Positions 14,001-27,313 of a stretch of 64,000 nucleotides of DNA are shown one piece after another. Position 1 is the first letter of the stretch. Each line of letters begins with the position of its first letter. The DNA comes from Antedon mediterranea. Lineage: Eukaryota > Animalia > Echinodermata. Below the pieces are notes generated by a model. It ran no database searches. It was not told the origin of the DNA and saw nothing but the letters and a program-made list of their open reading frames with translations. The position numbers were made by a program, and so were the translations under genes. The DNA lies in contig NC_092674.1 of NCBI RefSeq assembly GCF_964355755.1, positions 19,964,001 to 20,028,000 on the forward strand, read 5' to 3'.

Positions 14001-16502
14001 AATATAGTATATATATAGATATAGTTTGCAATACATTACATTTTAACCATACAATTTTGTTACACATACATTTAGCTTATTCAGTTTTAAATCCCATGTT
14101 TCCTAATTTATTTTTTCAGTACTTGAAGAGCCATTTATGAGGAAAAGAGGTTTTAGATGGCGATTGATTTTTTTGCATTATTTTGATCAGTGAGGATTGT
14201 TCACATACCAGTGGTTCATAACCATTACCATATGGAATTATCATTATTTTCACATACCAGTGGTTCATTGAGCACTTTACAAATCATCTCTTCTCTGCCT
14301 CTCATATAACATGAGAAATATTTGAAACCCTAAATAAAAAACAAAAAATAGAAAGAAATATGGTCAATGAATAAGGCACTACAGAATGTAATTAGAGGTT
14401 CTGGACACCTGCCACAAAACAAAGAATGTTGCTGTCCTCTGTTGGTGGTCAATGAATAAGGCACTACAGAATGTAATTAGAGGTTCTGGACACCTGCCAC
14501 AAAACAAAGAATGTTGCTGTCCTCTGTTGGATGTTCCATAATCATTTATATCATGTTTAAATATGGGTTTTCCAAGAAGACTGTAGCCACCTGAAAATGA
14601 GTGTACATTAAACTATAAGTAAATTTGGGTATACTCTGAATATACAGTACTGTCAGTGTCTCCTAAATATTTGGTGCAATACTTACTACCCTGAATGGAG
14701 TTTCTTCAGAACAATGGTATCTCCTGAACTATGTATGACACCCCCTGAATATGGATTCCATAGAATACAGATGAATTATTTGGGTTAAAAATGTATTGCA
14801 AAAAAATAAATAAATATAAAAAAAAGAATTTAAAGTGAATACATTAAAAGTTACCTTGAGACAACCAAATTTGAGAGCTTCCCCTAAAAACATGCTGAGA
14901 CGCTTCTTGACAGCCTTTTCTCTTTCCTGTAATAACATTATAAAAGCAAATAAATAAAATATGTCATGTATTAGTTAGGCCTAGTATTTCCAGCTTAGCT
15001 ATTAAAAAAATATATTTTTAAAATAACCCAATGGATGATACCTCTCTTCATTTGCATTGCGCAATTTTATTCAAAATGCACAGGAAATTTCAAATTGTGC
15101 AGAGTATTTTCAATATTTGATTATAACCAAAGCATGATAACCTTTATGCCAATTATATTTATATATATCAGCATATGACCCCAGGAGAGGTGCATCATGG
15201 ATGCATCATTTACAAGTAATTATTGACGCAGGGGTGCGTAAAAAAACAGGTGGTACAGTACATTCACATATGAACAATGGTCACAATGCGTCAAAATGGG
15301 TGTGTCATGGTCACCTATCTATTAATATAAGGTAAGTCACTTTTTTTTTTGTCATTACGCACATCGTACAAATGACGCACCTCTTCGTAAAATAATGGGT
15401 CCTACAATTGAAGTGCATTAGATTTATAAATAATGCAAGTATTGGGCTATATTATTTTGGATAAAAAAAAATATAAAGAAGAAAATGAGTTTGCCTATGT
15501 TTATAATAAGAAGACAGGGTGTTTTATGTGCGGAGTTCATTTTGTGTTCAAATTGTGCAAGAAAATCACTGCGCAATTTCAAATTGTCAATTGTATGACC
15601 CACTATACAAGGGGGTGCGTCATTTGTCCAATGTGCGTCATACCTTTTTAATACCATGACGCACATGTGCGTAAAAAATTTGACCTACCTTTAGGTGTCT
15701 ATGACGCACCCATTTTGACGCAATGTGACCATGTTTTTTTATGATATTTTTAGTGGTAAAGTGACGGATATTGACACACCATCGTTCATTGATGTGACGT
15801 ACCTTCTAGGTTTTTGGACGCACCCCTGCGTCAGTAATTATTTGTAAATGACGCACCTCTCCCGGGGTCGTATGGTGGGTCATACTTACAATTGACAAGT
15901 CCATAATCATATAACATCACTTCCTTTCTTTACTTTTCAATAAATAATGAGAATCATTTGACGTGTGAGCCTTGGTCAGTAATTTTTTCCAATAATAATT
16001 ATAATATACTAGCTAGGCCTGGCCTATACTAGCCTACTTAACTACTACTATAACTAGGCCTAGCCTAGTAGTAGGCCTAGCCTAGCTAGTTAGGCTAGCT
16101 TAACCTACTGTACATTTACAAGGCTACAGAATATTAATTACTAAGGCTATTTAGCCTAGCTAGTAGGCTGAGCTAGTAAGGCTAGGCCTAACCATAGAGA
16201 TATTCCTAATCTAGTTTAGTACAGTAGGCCCAGCCCTACTGGTCTAGCCGTCTAGCCTAGCTATGCTAGTAGAGCTCCCGCCGCCGACGACACAGCAGGT
16301 CGGGCTCACATGATGATGACGGACGGCCTGGCTGAAATGGTGGTGGTTGATGAGCCGTTCAAATATATCTAAAACTCAATGCAATAGCATTTATTTGAAC
16401 TGTCAATATTATACTATAGCTATACAGTACTATAAGTACTAGGCTTAGGCTAGGCCTCCTACTATGTAAAAGTTTAGATACCGTTGCTGCTGTCGCTGCC
16501 AT
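11062..16502 (-). CDS. Uncharacterised metazoan protein, 395 aa, 8 coding exons, with a P/Q-rich C-terminal tail
   Basis: GT-AG exons 16482-16502, 14855-14926, 14258-14329, 13725-13816, 12982-13054, 12699-12867, 11798-11992 and 11062-11555 sum to 1188 nt in one frame. Conserved-looking blocks: GFKYFSCYMRGREE, LFLLAGYARYSCPYVWVRNNH, PLKLKST, VWDIVAELV, RNPFAVD. From memory it resembles the family of zebrafish si:dkey-19b23.7 (unverified). The 21-nt first exon is the least certain. Confidence 0.85.
14361..14530. repeat. Exact 85-bp tandem duplication in an intron
   Basis: TGGTCAATGAATAAGG...CCTCTGTTGG at 14361-14445 and again at 14446-14530. Confidence 0.95.
15169..15877. mobile_element. Palindromic MITE-like element in intron 1, rich in TGACGCA motifs
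   Basis: Left CAGCATATGACCCCAGGAGAGGTGC...TGACGCAGGGGTGCGT pairs with right ACGCACCCCTGCGTCA...GCACCTCTCCCGGGGTCGTATGGTG. An internal inverted pair lies at about 15279-15309 and 15701-15730. No clear TSD. Confidence 0.75.
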
Positions 16503-18344
16503 GATGATGAAGTTCGTCGTCCCTTTTCTGAGCTCTAGTTTTGGTTTTAACCCCTGGATATATGGGAGGCGAATAGGGCCATAATCTTTATTAATCTACA
16601 TCTACCTACTATATAGTGTCGGGGGCTAGGCCTAATACGATGGCACAGAATGATTAAATGTATACAATAAGATATTTATCAAGAGAAAGATTATAATGCG
16701 AAATGTAGTGAAATTATAAGACTACAAAACATATATTTATATACTAGGGGACAGGAAGGGTGACTAATTAAATGCGAGATTAAATGGTACCACACTTTGA
16801 CTTTTGGAAGACCAACCTCTCAGGAATTAAGTGTTCCAGGCCCGGAGAGAATAATGGGTGAATCACATGTTACATCTGCTGAGCATTAATGGGTATCTTT
16901 GAAAGTTGACATACCATTATGTTTTGTTTTGTTTATTTACTTTTCTCACGACACTAAATAATTGTGTAGCCAAAGTATGATTGTAGGCCTATTCATCATC
17001 AACACCAAAATCTGCCAAAAATAAACCGTCAAAAATGATTTAACTTCAAAATACAAACTCATGACAATGAACATTATAGATTTAACATGGCTGTATAGTA
17101 ATTACCTCCATGATTTAACAAAGAGGAGTGATGAGGGATATGTAATTTGTCAGCGATGAATCATACTCCAAACGCTATACTCTCAACCCTCTTTTCAAAC
17201 AAGAGTGTATTGAATTACCGGCTTAATATACATTTTACCATTCTTATTTCCGAACGTTTAGGATGTTATTCTATTACAACAATTTCCATAGCAACATCTG
17301 TAAGCACTCGATATACTTTCCAATTCAATCTCCCATGTGGTCTTAGTTTTCTCTGAAGAACGACTCACGGGGCAGAACTTTAAGATTGACATTGGCACAG
17401 TTAACAAACATGATTCCTCGTACGGTGTATCAATGAATATAATCAATGATATCCACTCTAATGACGAATACGGTCAATCAAACAGTAGCCGATCAACAAA
17501 CTAGGTAATCACCTGATAGTCAAAAATCAATTGCCCTTCACAACTAGCAAAATGATATTACCCTGCGCCACTGTGTGTAGTTAGTTTTGACATATCATAT
17601 CAATCAAACTTACTAATGAATGAATCAGTGAATCAATCAATCAAAGACCAATCAATGATTGACCAATCAATCATTCGATTAGTCAATGACTAATTAATTA
17701 ATAACCAATCAAACGACCAATAATCAATATTATGTAACACCTAAATAAATACATATCATTTCATTGGACAATTGTGATTCACATAGCGTGCAATAGTACG
17801 CACTATTAAACGATCGTTTAATAGTACTTTTTTTCGTTTACGAAAAAAAAAATCTTTTCGCGTTTGAATTTTTTTTTTATACTATTACTTTTGAAATACT
17901 GTACATTAGCCCCACCTAAATAGCCCCATCCAAAAACGCGTAGTAATCCTTATACATCGTTCCCTGTGTCATATGGCTCCCCTGAAGATACATAACACAA
18001 TTTAACCTTAAAGTTAAATTATCCTTATTTGTTTCTTACATATTACGTTCCATTTGATAATTTTGATGTGTTATGATAATAATATTTATCTTAAAAGTAA
18101 TGTTTAGTGGTGTGTAAATTAATGTTTAAATTTTGTAATTTAGATGTAAGAGTATTACAATTTTTTAAATACTTCTTCTCAATTTGTTTCATATTTTTAT
18201 TACCTGTATATAATAATACATTTCAAAAAACAAAAAACAAAAATATGGTTCATAGTACATAATATTATACTCAGTATTAATATTATTTAGAGCGTTTTAG
18301 CAGTAATTTGTCACAGTCGCAATTAGCCGGATTCGGACATGGCT

Positions 18345-19632
18345 TCAGTTTAAATTCTCCTTCGCTGCCCATTCTCTCCAACTTCCCTCGTAATAACGTG
18401 ATCTGAAATAAGTATGTTATTTTGAAAATCAAAGTCACAAAAAAATAATAAATTAAGACCTCACATATTGAGCGAATTATTAATAAAGATAAAGTGCATG
18501 CTAGTTACGAGCCTATATTGGCCCATATTGAAGAGGCCAGTCTATAACAGATAATTCAATTTGGATCGGTTTTTATTTGTGTAACATGATCAATTATCGA
18601 TTTTAAAGGTCTATTTAGGCCTACATAGTTTTTTTTTTAAGAATGTAAGAGTGTCTATATTAATTAACACTTAATAAGAGCAATGTAGCATGGAATATGA
18701 TGTGTAAATTTGCCAGTCTTTCAACTTTAAATTCAGTAGAAGAGTAAGCCTACGGGACGGTACCAAAATCATTAAAGTAATGATGAACTTACTTAGTGAA
18801 GCCTAATTCCCGGGCTGTTTCCCAAGCAGTCTTGCAGCGGACGCCGGCCGTACATGAGAACACAAGTCGATCGTCATCAAAGCTTGGTTTGGTAATTCCG
18901 TATCTATGCGTAAATTCCTTTTCTGGTAATTGTAATGCGTCATTAATTGTTGCCACTATGTAAATAAGAAAATATTTAACTGAAGCAGTGGTCGACACTG
19001 TGAGGAATTGGTCCTTTTGGATTTTTCGTTGCTTTTCCCTGTGTTTAACATATAGACACTTTGGCTATGTTTGTGCTAAGACCATAACATTATGCTAGTT
19101 TTCCTATTTCTTCCGTCTGTTGTGTGACACAATGAATATTGTTACTTATATGCTAGGTACGCCTGACCATTGCTATCTAGCAAGGGGACTTTTGCCTTTG
19201 AAATTAGTGCTTAAGCTGCTTATTTTGCAGATACAAATCTAGTTTGAATGTATGCTTAATCAATTGCTATTTGTCTTAGAGACCTTTGAAATCATTGTTT
19301 AAGCTGCTTATGTTGCTGAAGCAAAGTAAGCTGTAATAGGCGGTGGTACAAACAGCAAAAATGCTTAAATATGATATTAATGTGAAACGATCACAGTGAC
19401 AAAAGTATTTCTATTAAAGAATGTGTAATCCAGACTTTTCGTACATATACGTTTCTAATAATTATTATAACATACCTGGTATGACTGTGGCTTTTCCAAT
19501 TTTCCCAGAATTCTTCACTTCTTCGTTACTTCGTACATCAATTAAATGTACGCGATCTTCATTCACTAGTTTGCGTAGTTCATCATACCTTATTATACCG
19601 CTGTTCTGTTGCTCTTTTTCACATGTGGTCAT
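18345..19632 (-). CDS. Single-domain rhodanese / thiosulfate sulfurtransferase (TSTD1/TSTD3-like), 125 aa
   Basis: Exons 19476-19632, 18793-18955 and 18345-18402 total 378 nt in frame, with an in-frame TGA upstream of the ATG. Motifs: LIDVRSNEE, GKIGKATVIP, FxxRYGxxKP, active-site loop CTAGVR, C-terminal YEGSWREW. Confidence 0.92.
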
Positions 19633-21902
19633 TTTTTTCTTTCCGGTTCAAATTTTCTCTATAAAATTCAGAAATAGGCCTATAGATAGTAAGTGTTGAA
19701 TACAATAACTAAATGCTTTAAACGAAATATCGTATTGAACTTCTGTAGGCCTTATATTAATTTGACAAAAGATGATAATTTAAAAAGATACAAGTGCTGC
19801 CACTCCTCATCTCATCAATTATATTGAAAACATTAGAAAAATAATAAGAGATAACATAAATAACTTTATTTACGTTTGAATTAAAACATTTTCAAACGAA
19901 GGGTTGCAAATAAAAGCAAAACAAAAATGGAAAAGTGTATATAAACTTAGCATTTTACATTAATTACCAATCAGATACAAGTTTTTCCATTTACAAATTT
20001 TGATACATTTATTTTCTAGTTAAAATCAAGTCAAAAGTAACATTTATTTCTTTTTAAGTTCATAATAATTGGATTAAATTATAAGAGGAGTGGATAAAAG
20101 CAAAGCTTGTGAAAGGCAGCCCATAACACTGAAAAAATGAAGGAAACATGACAACACGGGAACCGGAAACAGGACTGTAATAAACTGTAAGGCTTGCAGT
20201 TTCAGAGTACTGAAAATTAAAATATAAAACAGCTTATATAAAGTAGGTCTACCGTTACACTCGTATAATGGTAGGGAAAAGTTCATCTTGTTCTTCAACA
20301 AGAAACGATTTGGATTTTGTTAATTTTTAGTTCATTATAATTTTTAGGTAGGGTGGGGATTACGACATCTGGTTTTCATTAACAGTTAGCAGAGGTTGCG
20401 TTTTAGCTTTTATATAAAGAATAATAGTTTGTAAAAGAAAAAATAACAAACAATCTGAAAAAAAAATTTTTTTGTTGTTGAATATGATTAATGTCATAAT
20501 AGTTATTCACTTTGATACAAAATTGGATCGAAAATAAAAATTATTTACCTGAAAATAATTAATTTAAAGCAACGTTAAATTGTCAGATTATGTTACCGTT
20601 TATTTTGCCTTTTTATAACTGAAATCATTATTTTTGTTTTTTTAACCGAAGTGAATATATAACTCTATCGGAACAAAAATTCAGAGTCTGATTTTCCTTT
20701 TTTTTAAATGTTTTACTTTTTGAAGGACAATACCTCTTTAAACGAAAATTCATTTTCTTTTATCCAAATTTTTAGTTGTTTCAACTTCTCATCAAATATA
20801 ATATGTGAATAACGTTTGCTTGCAACGTGACTACAGACTATTTACTTTAATAGGAGCCAGACAAGTAATAGTCCCTGGGACGTGTATCGGATTTGACCAA
20901 GTCAAGGCCATCGGAATAAGACTACGCGCTGGGTAGGATGTTACGCGTTAACCGTTAATATGGTAAATAGTAAAGGATCCGATGTGGATGAGTTTTGCAC
21001 TCAAAATATCATGGTTTGACATTCACCTGATGATGAGAAACCTGGATTCAGTTCAAGGAGAAATACACTTGTGTTTGCACGTGAAATATTGAAAACTTTT
21101 ATAGGTAGTTTTGGTAACAAAACGAAACATGAGTCGAATCAATATATTTTAAACGTAACGGAAGAGAACGCATTAATCAATCAATCAACAAATCAAAATG
21201 TTGATTGATTGATGATAGATCAATCAGCAGCAGTTAACCAATTGTGTTTGTAGTGTTTGTACCAACACCATCTCTTAAATCCGTCTGACGATCCTAGATG
21301 CATAGTAGGCTAATTGTTATAAATCATATTTGATTTTTTGAGTTGTACATTGCCTGTTTGCGCTAATTACAATTACTTCCTGCGCCCATCCACTACCTTT
21401 CGACAATGCCACTGACCTGTACGTTTAATGAAAACACCCGATCCCCAGGGTCTTTAATTCATAGGGGGTCATCAAACGTCCACTCAAAAACTTTTACCTA
21501 AACAATTAGGCAATTATGCTGACGTGATATCCCAATTGACAGAAACTAATACATTGTATAGGCTAAATATTAAGCGAGGATGAAGAAATCAAAAAGTGAC
21601 ATAACCACATTCTTTTATCAACATCATTAGAATCAACATTAACATCAACATCCACGCATCATTGCTATAAGGCATCACCACATCATAATTACCATCTCCA
21701 CATCAGTGCCTACCATCACCAGATAACCAACACCAAATATACCCATATCATCATTACATCACCAATACCAAATATACCCAAATCATCATAAGCTATACCA
21801 TCTTTACATAGTTAATACCATCTCCATTATTATTGTCTAAAACATCATGATCTTCATCTTCATCGTTATTCACATCTTCGTGGCTATTACCATGGTCATT
21901 CC

Positions 21903-23739
21903 CGCCATTAACATCGTCATCCGTACCATCATCACCATTACCATCGGCATCTATAGCATCATCACTATTACCATCGTCATATATACCATCATCACCATTA
22001 CCAACGTCATCCGTACCATCATCACCATTACCATCGGCATCTATAGCATCATCACTATTACCATCGTCATTATGGACGTACCATCATCACCATTACCAAC
22101 GTCATCCGTACCATCATCACCATTACCATCGGCATCTATAGCATAATCACTATTACCATCGTCATGTACCATCATCACCATTATCATCGTCTTTCGTACC
22201 ATCATAAACATTACCATCGTCATATGTACCATCATCACCATTACCATCGGCATCTATACCATCATCACCATTACCATCGGCATCTATAGCATCATCACTG
22301 TTACCATCGTCATATGTACCATCATCACCATTACCATCGGCATCTATACCATCATCACCATTACCATCGTCATCTATACCATCATCACCGTTACGATCGT
22401 CATCTATACCATCATCACCATTACCATCGTCATCCGTACCATCATCAACATTACCATCGTCATCCGTACCATCATCACCATTATCATCGTCATCCGTATT
22501 ATCATCGTCATCCGTACCATCATCACCATTACCATCGGCATCTATACCATCATCACCATTACCATCGGCATCTATACCATCATCATCATTACCATCGTCA
22601 TATGTACCATCATCAACATTATCATCGTCATCCGTACCATCATCACCATTAACATCGTCATATATACCATTATCACCATTACGATCGTCATCTATATCAT
22701 CATCACCATTACCATCGTCATATATATCATTATCACCATTACAATCGTCATCTATACCATCATCACCATTACGACCGTCATCTATACCATTATCACCATT
22801 ACCATCGTCATCTATACCATTATCACCATTACCATCGTCATCTATACCATTATCACCATTACCATCGTCATCTATACCATCATCACCATTACGATCGTCA
22901 TCTATACCATTATCACCATTACCATCGTCATCTATACCATTATCACCATTACCATCGTCATCTATACCATTATCACCATTACCATCGTCATCTATACCAT
23001 CATCACCATTACGATCGTCATCTATACCATTATCACCATTACCATCGTCATCTATACCATTATCACCATTACCATCGTCATCTATACCATTATCACCATT
23101 ACGATCGTCATCTATACCATCATTTTTATTTCATATTTTATTTTATATTTCATACTCATCCAACAGCGAGTAACCCGCCAATTACAGGATGGATAAACTA
23201 TTTAATAATTTCACAAGACAAACATATACACAAGATGCTCTACATAAACAAAGACTTATTATTAAGTCTTTGGGAGTGGAGTTGTAAATTGTCATGAGAA
23301 AAAAACCCTGACATCATCACCATTACGATCGTCATCTATACCATTATCACCATTACGATCGTCATCTATATCATCAGCACCATTACCATCGGCATCTATA
23401 CCATCATCACCATTACGATCGTCATCTATATCATCATCACCATTACCATCGGCATCTATACCATCGACACACCATTACCATCGTCATCCGTACCATCATC
23501 AACATTATCATCGTCATCCGTACCATCATCACCATTACGATCGTCATCTATACCGTCATCACCATTACGATCGTCATCTATATCATCAGCACCATTACCA
23601 TCGGCATCTATACCATCACCACCATTACCATCGTCATCCGTACCATCATCAACATTATCATCGTCATCCGTACCATTATCACCATTACGATCGTCATCTA
23701 TACCATTATCACCTTTACGATCGTCATCTATACCATCAT
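21903..23739. repeat. 30-bp minisatellite built on a (CAT)n scaffold, interrupted at 23124-23311
   Basis: Unit ACCATCATCACCATTACCATCGTCATCTAT; the 30-bp period is clear at 22801-23100. More degenerate CAT-rich sequence flanks both sides. Confidence 0.95.
23124..23311 (-). mobile_element. Probable 5'-truncated retroposon 3' end inserted into the minisatellite
   Basis: Flanked by CATCAT on both sides. The minus strand ends in a stem-loop (CATCC...GCGGGT-TACTCGC...GGATG) followed by an A-rich tail. Confidence 0.5.
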
Positions 23740-25567
23740 ATTCATCTTAATCTATAACCCTTAAATTACTATCGCAATCCAAACTATAATCATCGATATA
23801 CCATCTTCATTCATCATACACAATTCATACACGTCATTCTGCCCACAATAACTTATCCCAACATCATCAGCAAATTACCATTACATCATCTCTCATCATC
23901 ACCATTTTATTTATATCAAACATGCAACGAAAAGAAAAGCAGATCTATAAACCATGCTGACGAAACTAGAAATATCTCTGATTACAAATACAATAAGCTA
24001 CTGAAAACAGAACCAATATTTCATTTCTACTCAACTTAAGCTTTAGTTGGATGCAAATCACGAGGAAAAGAGACAGATACCTAGTTATAACAAAACTGAA
24101 AAAGATTACTGTCACTATCTATTAAGTATAATATATTCAATGGAACTCACCTTAAAATCAGAGTTAAGAGAGTGAGGCTTAGATTACTCTTGATGTCCAA
24201 GTCGAATCGAACAGTGAGAATTCCAAGACAAGACGTAAAACCTATATATACTGATCGAATAATCACGTTTAATCTTGTAACTATGGCAATACCAAGTCCC
24301 CGGATCGACTTTGCATTTAAGTTAAGTCGATTGGCTTCAACAAATTAATAAAATGCCAACTTTAACAAATAAAAATCGATCATAAATTAAGTAGTGATAA
24401 CAATATATTGATACCTATTTTAAAAATTAAGCGCCCCACAACGAGACATGGATATATTGAAGCAATGCGAATACAACTAAAAAATACAAAGTTAATAAGT
24501 GAATTAATTAAGAGACACTTTAGAAGTTAAAATAACATAAACAACCAGCATGTAAAATATATTGACATGGTAAAACATAAACAAAATATAGATTATTTAC
24601 AAATAATACAAAATTGAAAAATGTTGGCAGAAGGTTTCCATGGCGAAATCAATATGTTGATATAAAGTTTGTTTGATAAAGAAGAAACTCAACAGTTATT
24701 TTCAGAACATAGGCCTATCGCAAACTTTATATTAACATCTTCTGTTGTTGAAGCTTTCCTTTAAATTCTGTAAACTATGGCATATTTTCCCGTCTGATTA
24801 AAGAAACTTTATTTTTTCTTCTTGGAAAGTTTCATCAACTTCAAATCACAACATAGTTTATCGTAATGAACAATAATAATCCAAAATAATGAGGCAGGAA
24901 AAACAAGTTTTAAAAATGTCGAAAGGTCCTCCACATTGACTAATGTTTCGTGAAATGTATACGGTATTGATTTACGTTCATTAAACTAAACATGTTATAT
25001 ATAATAATAATTTAGTTAATTGGGATTTGATTTGATTATTTTTTATTTGATTTATTTCGATATATAATACCATACATAAAGAAAACAGATACAGAAGAAA
25101 TAACGCAATCATTGGTATGTAGGGAGCTAAATTGAATGCTCATCCTAAGTTTTGGCCAATCGCATCGACAAATAGTTTGATCAATTATAGCAAGGTAATG
25201 GCCTACACGACAATCGAGACAGTTCTATAGGCCTACATACAATTCAAAGTATAAAAGTCATAAAGAATAATTAATTTAATTAGTATCTACTAATACTAAT
25301 AAATAAGGATCGACGAGTCGTAATGAGTACAAACATAATAACAAGGTAGTATTTAAAATTATTCATACTTTTTATTAAACAACAATAATCAGTCGGCCTT
25401 AACAATTGAACAATTAACAGATTCGCATGTATCTATACGTTAAATAGAACACTACAGTAGGCCCCTACTAAAAACTTGAGAATACAATTACGTTACATTA
25501 TTATACAGTATTTCTGAATAATGAATAGATTAAATCCAGGAGCACTGCATTTTCGAATAGTTTAGAC

Positions 25568-25632
25568 CATGGATTAAAGAATAGAATATTCTTTAATCCA
25601 TGTTTAAAGAATAGAATATTCTTTAATCCATG
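25568..25632. mobile_element. Tiny hairpin element with CATGG...CCATG ends and 7-bp direct flanks (P-element-like remnant)
   Basis: 16-bp inverted repeat CATGGATTAAAGAATA-gaa-TATTCTTTAATCCATG plus a 30-bp tandem duplication. TTTAGAC at 25561-25567 and 25633-25639. Confidence 0.55.
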
Positions 25633-27313
25633 TTTAGACCTAGCCTCTTGTGGAAAGTAGGTGTGTTATAAAACAAATAATGAATTTATTTCATTTGGTG
25701 AAAGATGAACATTTGTTCTATTTACACTTAATAACATTATTTGTACCATTGCACTCATAAACATTCATTTTATATATTTCACCTCTGAAAACTCAGCAAA
25801 ATGAATGATATTCAATTTTTCTGGGTACAATATAATGTAAATTTAAAACAACAATAATATTAAACGCTTCTGTTAATTATTACTGGAGCGAGGTTTGTAA
25901 AATAATTGTCTTGTCCCCTAATAAATACTGCGTGGCATATACAACAATCAATCAACAAATAATCAAGGTTTTGTAATCTTTGGTCTAAAATAAATCAAAT
26001 CTACTTATCCGGACAATTATATATACTATTTTTTTTATTTATTTATTTAACGATTTTATTTTGGATCATTATTATTGTATGTTGTTAGGTAATTGTAATT
26101 TTAAATAGTGATATCAAAAGATAATATAAAGATTACAAGCGTTCATTAGTAACAATGTAGTCGTTAAGTGCTTCTCATTTAATATGCGTCACTTGCTGAA
26201 TCTCACACATAATTGTTTTTTTTGCATTGTACAATTGCTTGATCAGTTGCTGTTAGGAAACGAAAAAGTAGAAGTAGCTATAGTGAAATAGAATCTGTGT
26301 GAGTTAATGTAGCCTACTGTTCATATAACTTTCTGTGTTAGCATCTGTCAAAATTAAATTTTGCAGATTTTATAGTACACAAGCATGCATTCTTAAACAC
26401 TAAAAAAACATCAAAAAAGCACAATACAGTAGTAGTAAAATGATAGTAATAAAAAGCAATATTGTGCTTGTTAAATAGTGAAAGAGTGTATTGGTGAAAA
26501 ATAATGCATCCAAAAATTCAAAATGTGCAACAACAAAAAACACAAAAACAACCAATTTAATTTAATCACAATATAAAACTTTATCTTAAAATAATATAAT
26601 GTACTACACCTAATACTAAAATGTATTGCATAGATAAAACGCACGATGTACAGTATTAAAAGTGTATTCAAACACAACACTCATTTTTTTTCATTTCCAC
26701 ATTCTTTCATTCTAATCTATTCACTTCATTAAATTGTTCAATCATGCAATCACAGTCCCACAATATCATTTTGGATATTAATGTAGTACAGTATGGCCAG
26801 GGTTCACAACTCAAGAAAGAGTTAAATGATTTTCATGATCAGTTTTACACAACAGGTTAGAATGTCATAGTAATGTGGAATAATGTTATAATTGGTGTCC
26901 AAATATAAAGCAAATTTTCTTAATTTGATCTTATTTTATATTTTAATTCATGACTTTTTAATGAAAAGACTGCCCAGGCCTGAAAAATATTATAGTAATA
27001 AAATCCATGATTTTCCAGGTTTCCAATGACATGTAGAACCCTGTAGACATCATACTTCACAAAAATATCAAACAAATAAAATACTAAACTTTCTTTAACA
27101 GTAAACATCAAATTTAAAAAATAACCTAGCAACTAATTCTTCACTCTATTTACATAATACTGTACATAGCTCAATTCATATTTACATGCTCCATTACCAT
27201 AATGTCTGACATCATTTTATACAAAGTATATCCCTCTATACACATTTCCTATCATCGTATACATCATCATGAACTCATACAATTCATATAGCACACTCAA
27301 ATCACACAACAAT

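Noticed and set aside
17100-17460. Decayed tyrosine recombinase (CPV motif)
   Set aside because: One short motif only, with no catalytic R-H-R-Y pattern.
17803-17826. Perfect 24-bp palindrome, and small hairpins near 57860-57980 and 60680-60712
   Set aside because: Isolated, with no TSD or associated gene; most likely fragments of non-autonomous TEs.
21020-21060. Hammerhead ribozyme (CTGATGA...GAAA)
   Set aside because: Only 3 nt separate the core boxes, so no stem II forms, and no flanking stems are evident.
21847-22652. His-rich (HHHHYHRHLY)n, Ile/Thr-rich and Met/Val-rich ORFs as metal-binding proteins
   Set aside because: They are by-products of a 30-bp CAT minisatellite. ORF ends fall arbitrarily within the array, which is interrupted by an insertion, and there is no splice or signal-peptide support.
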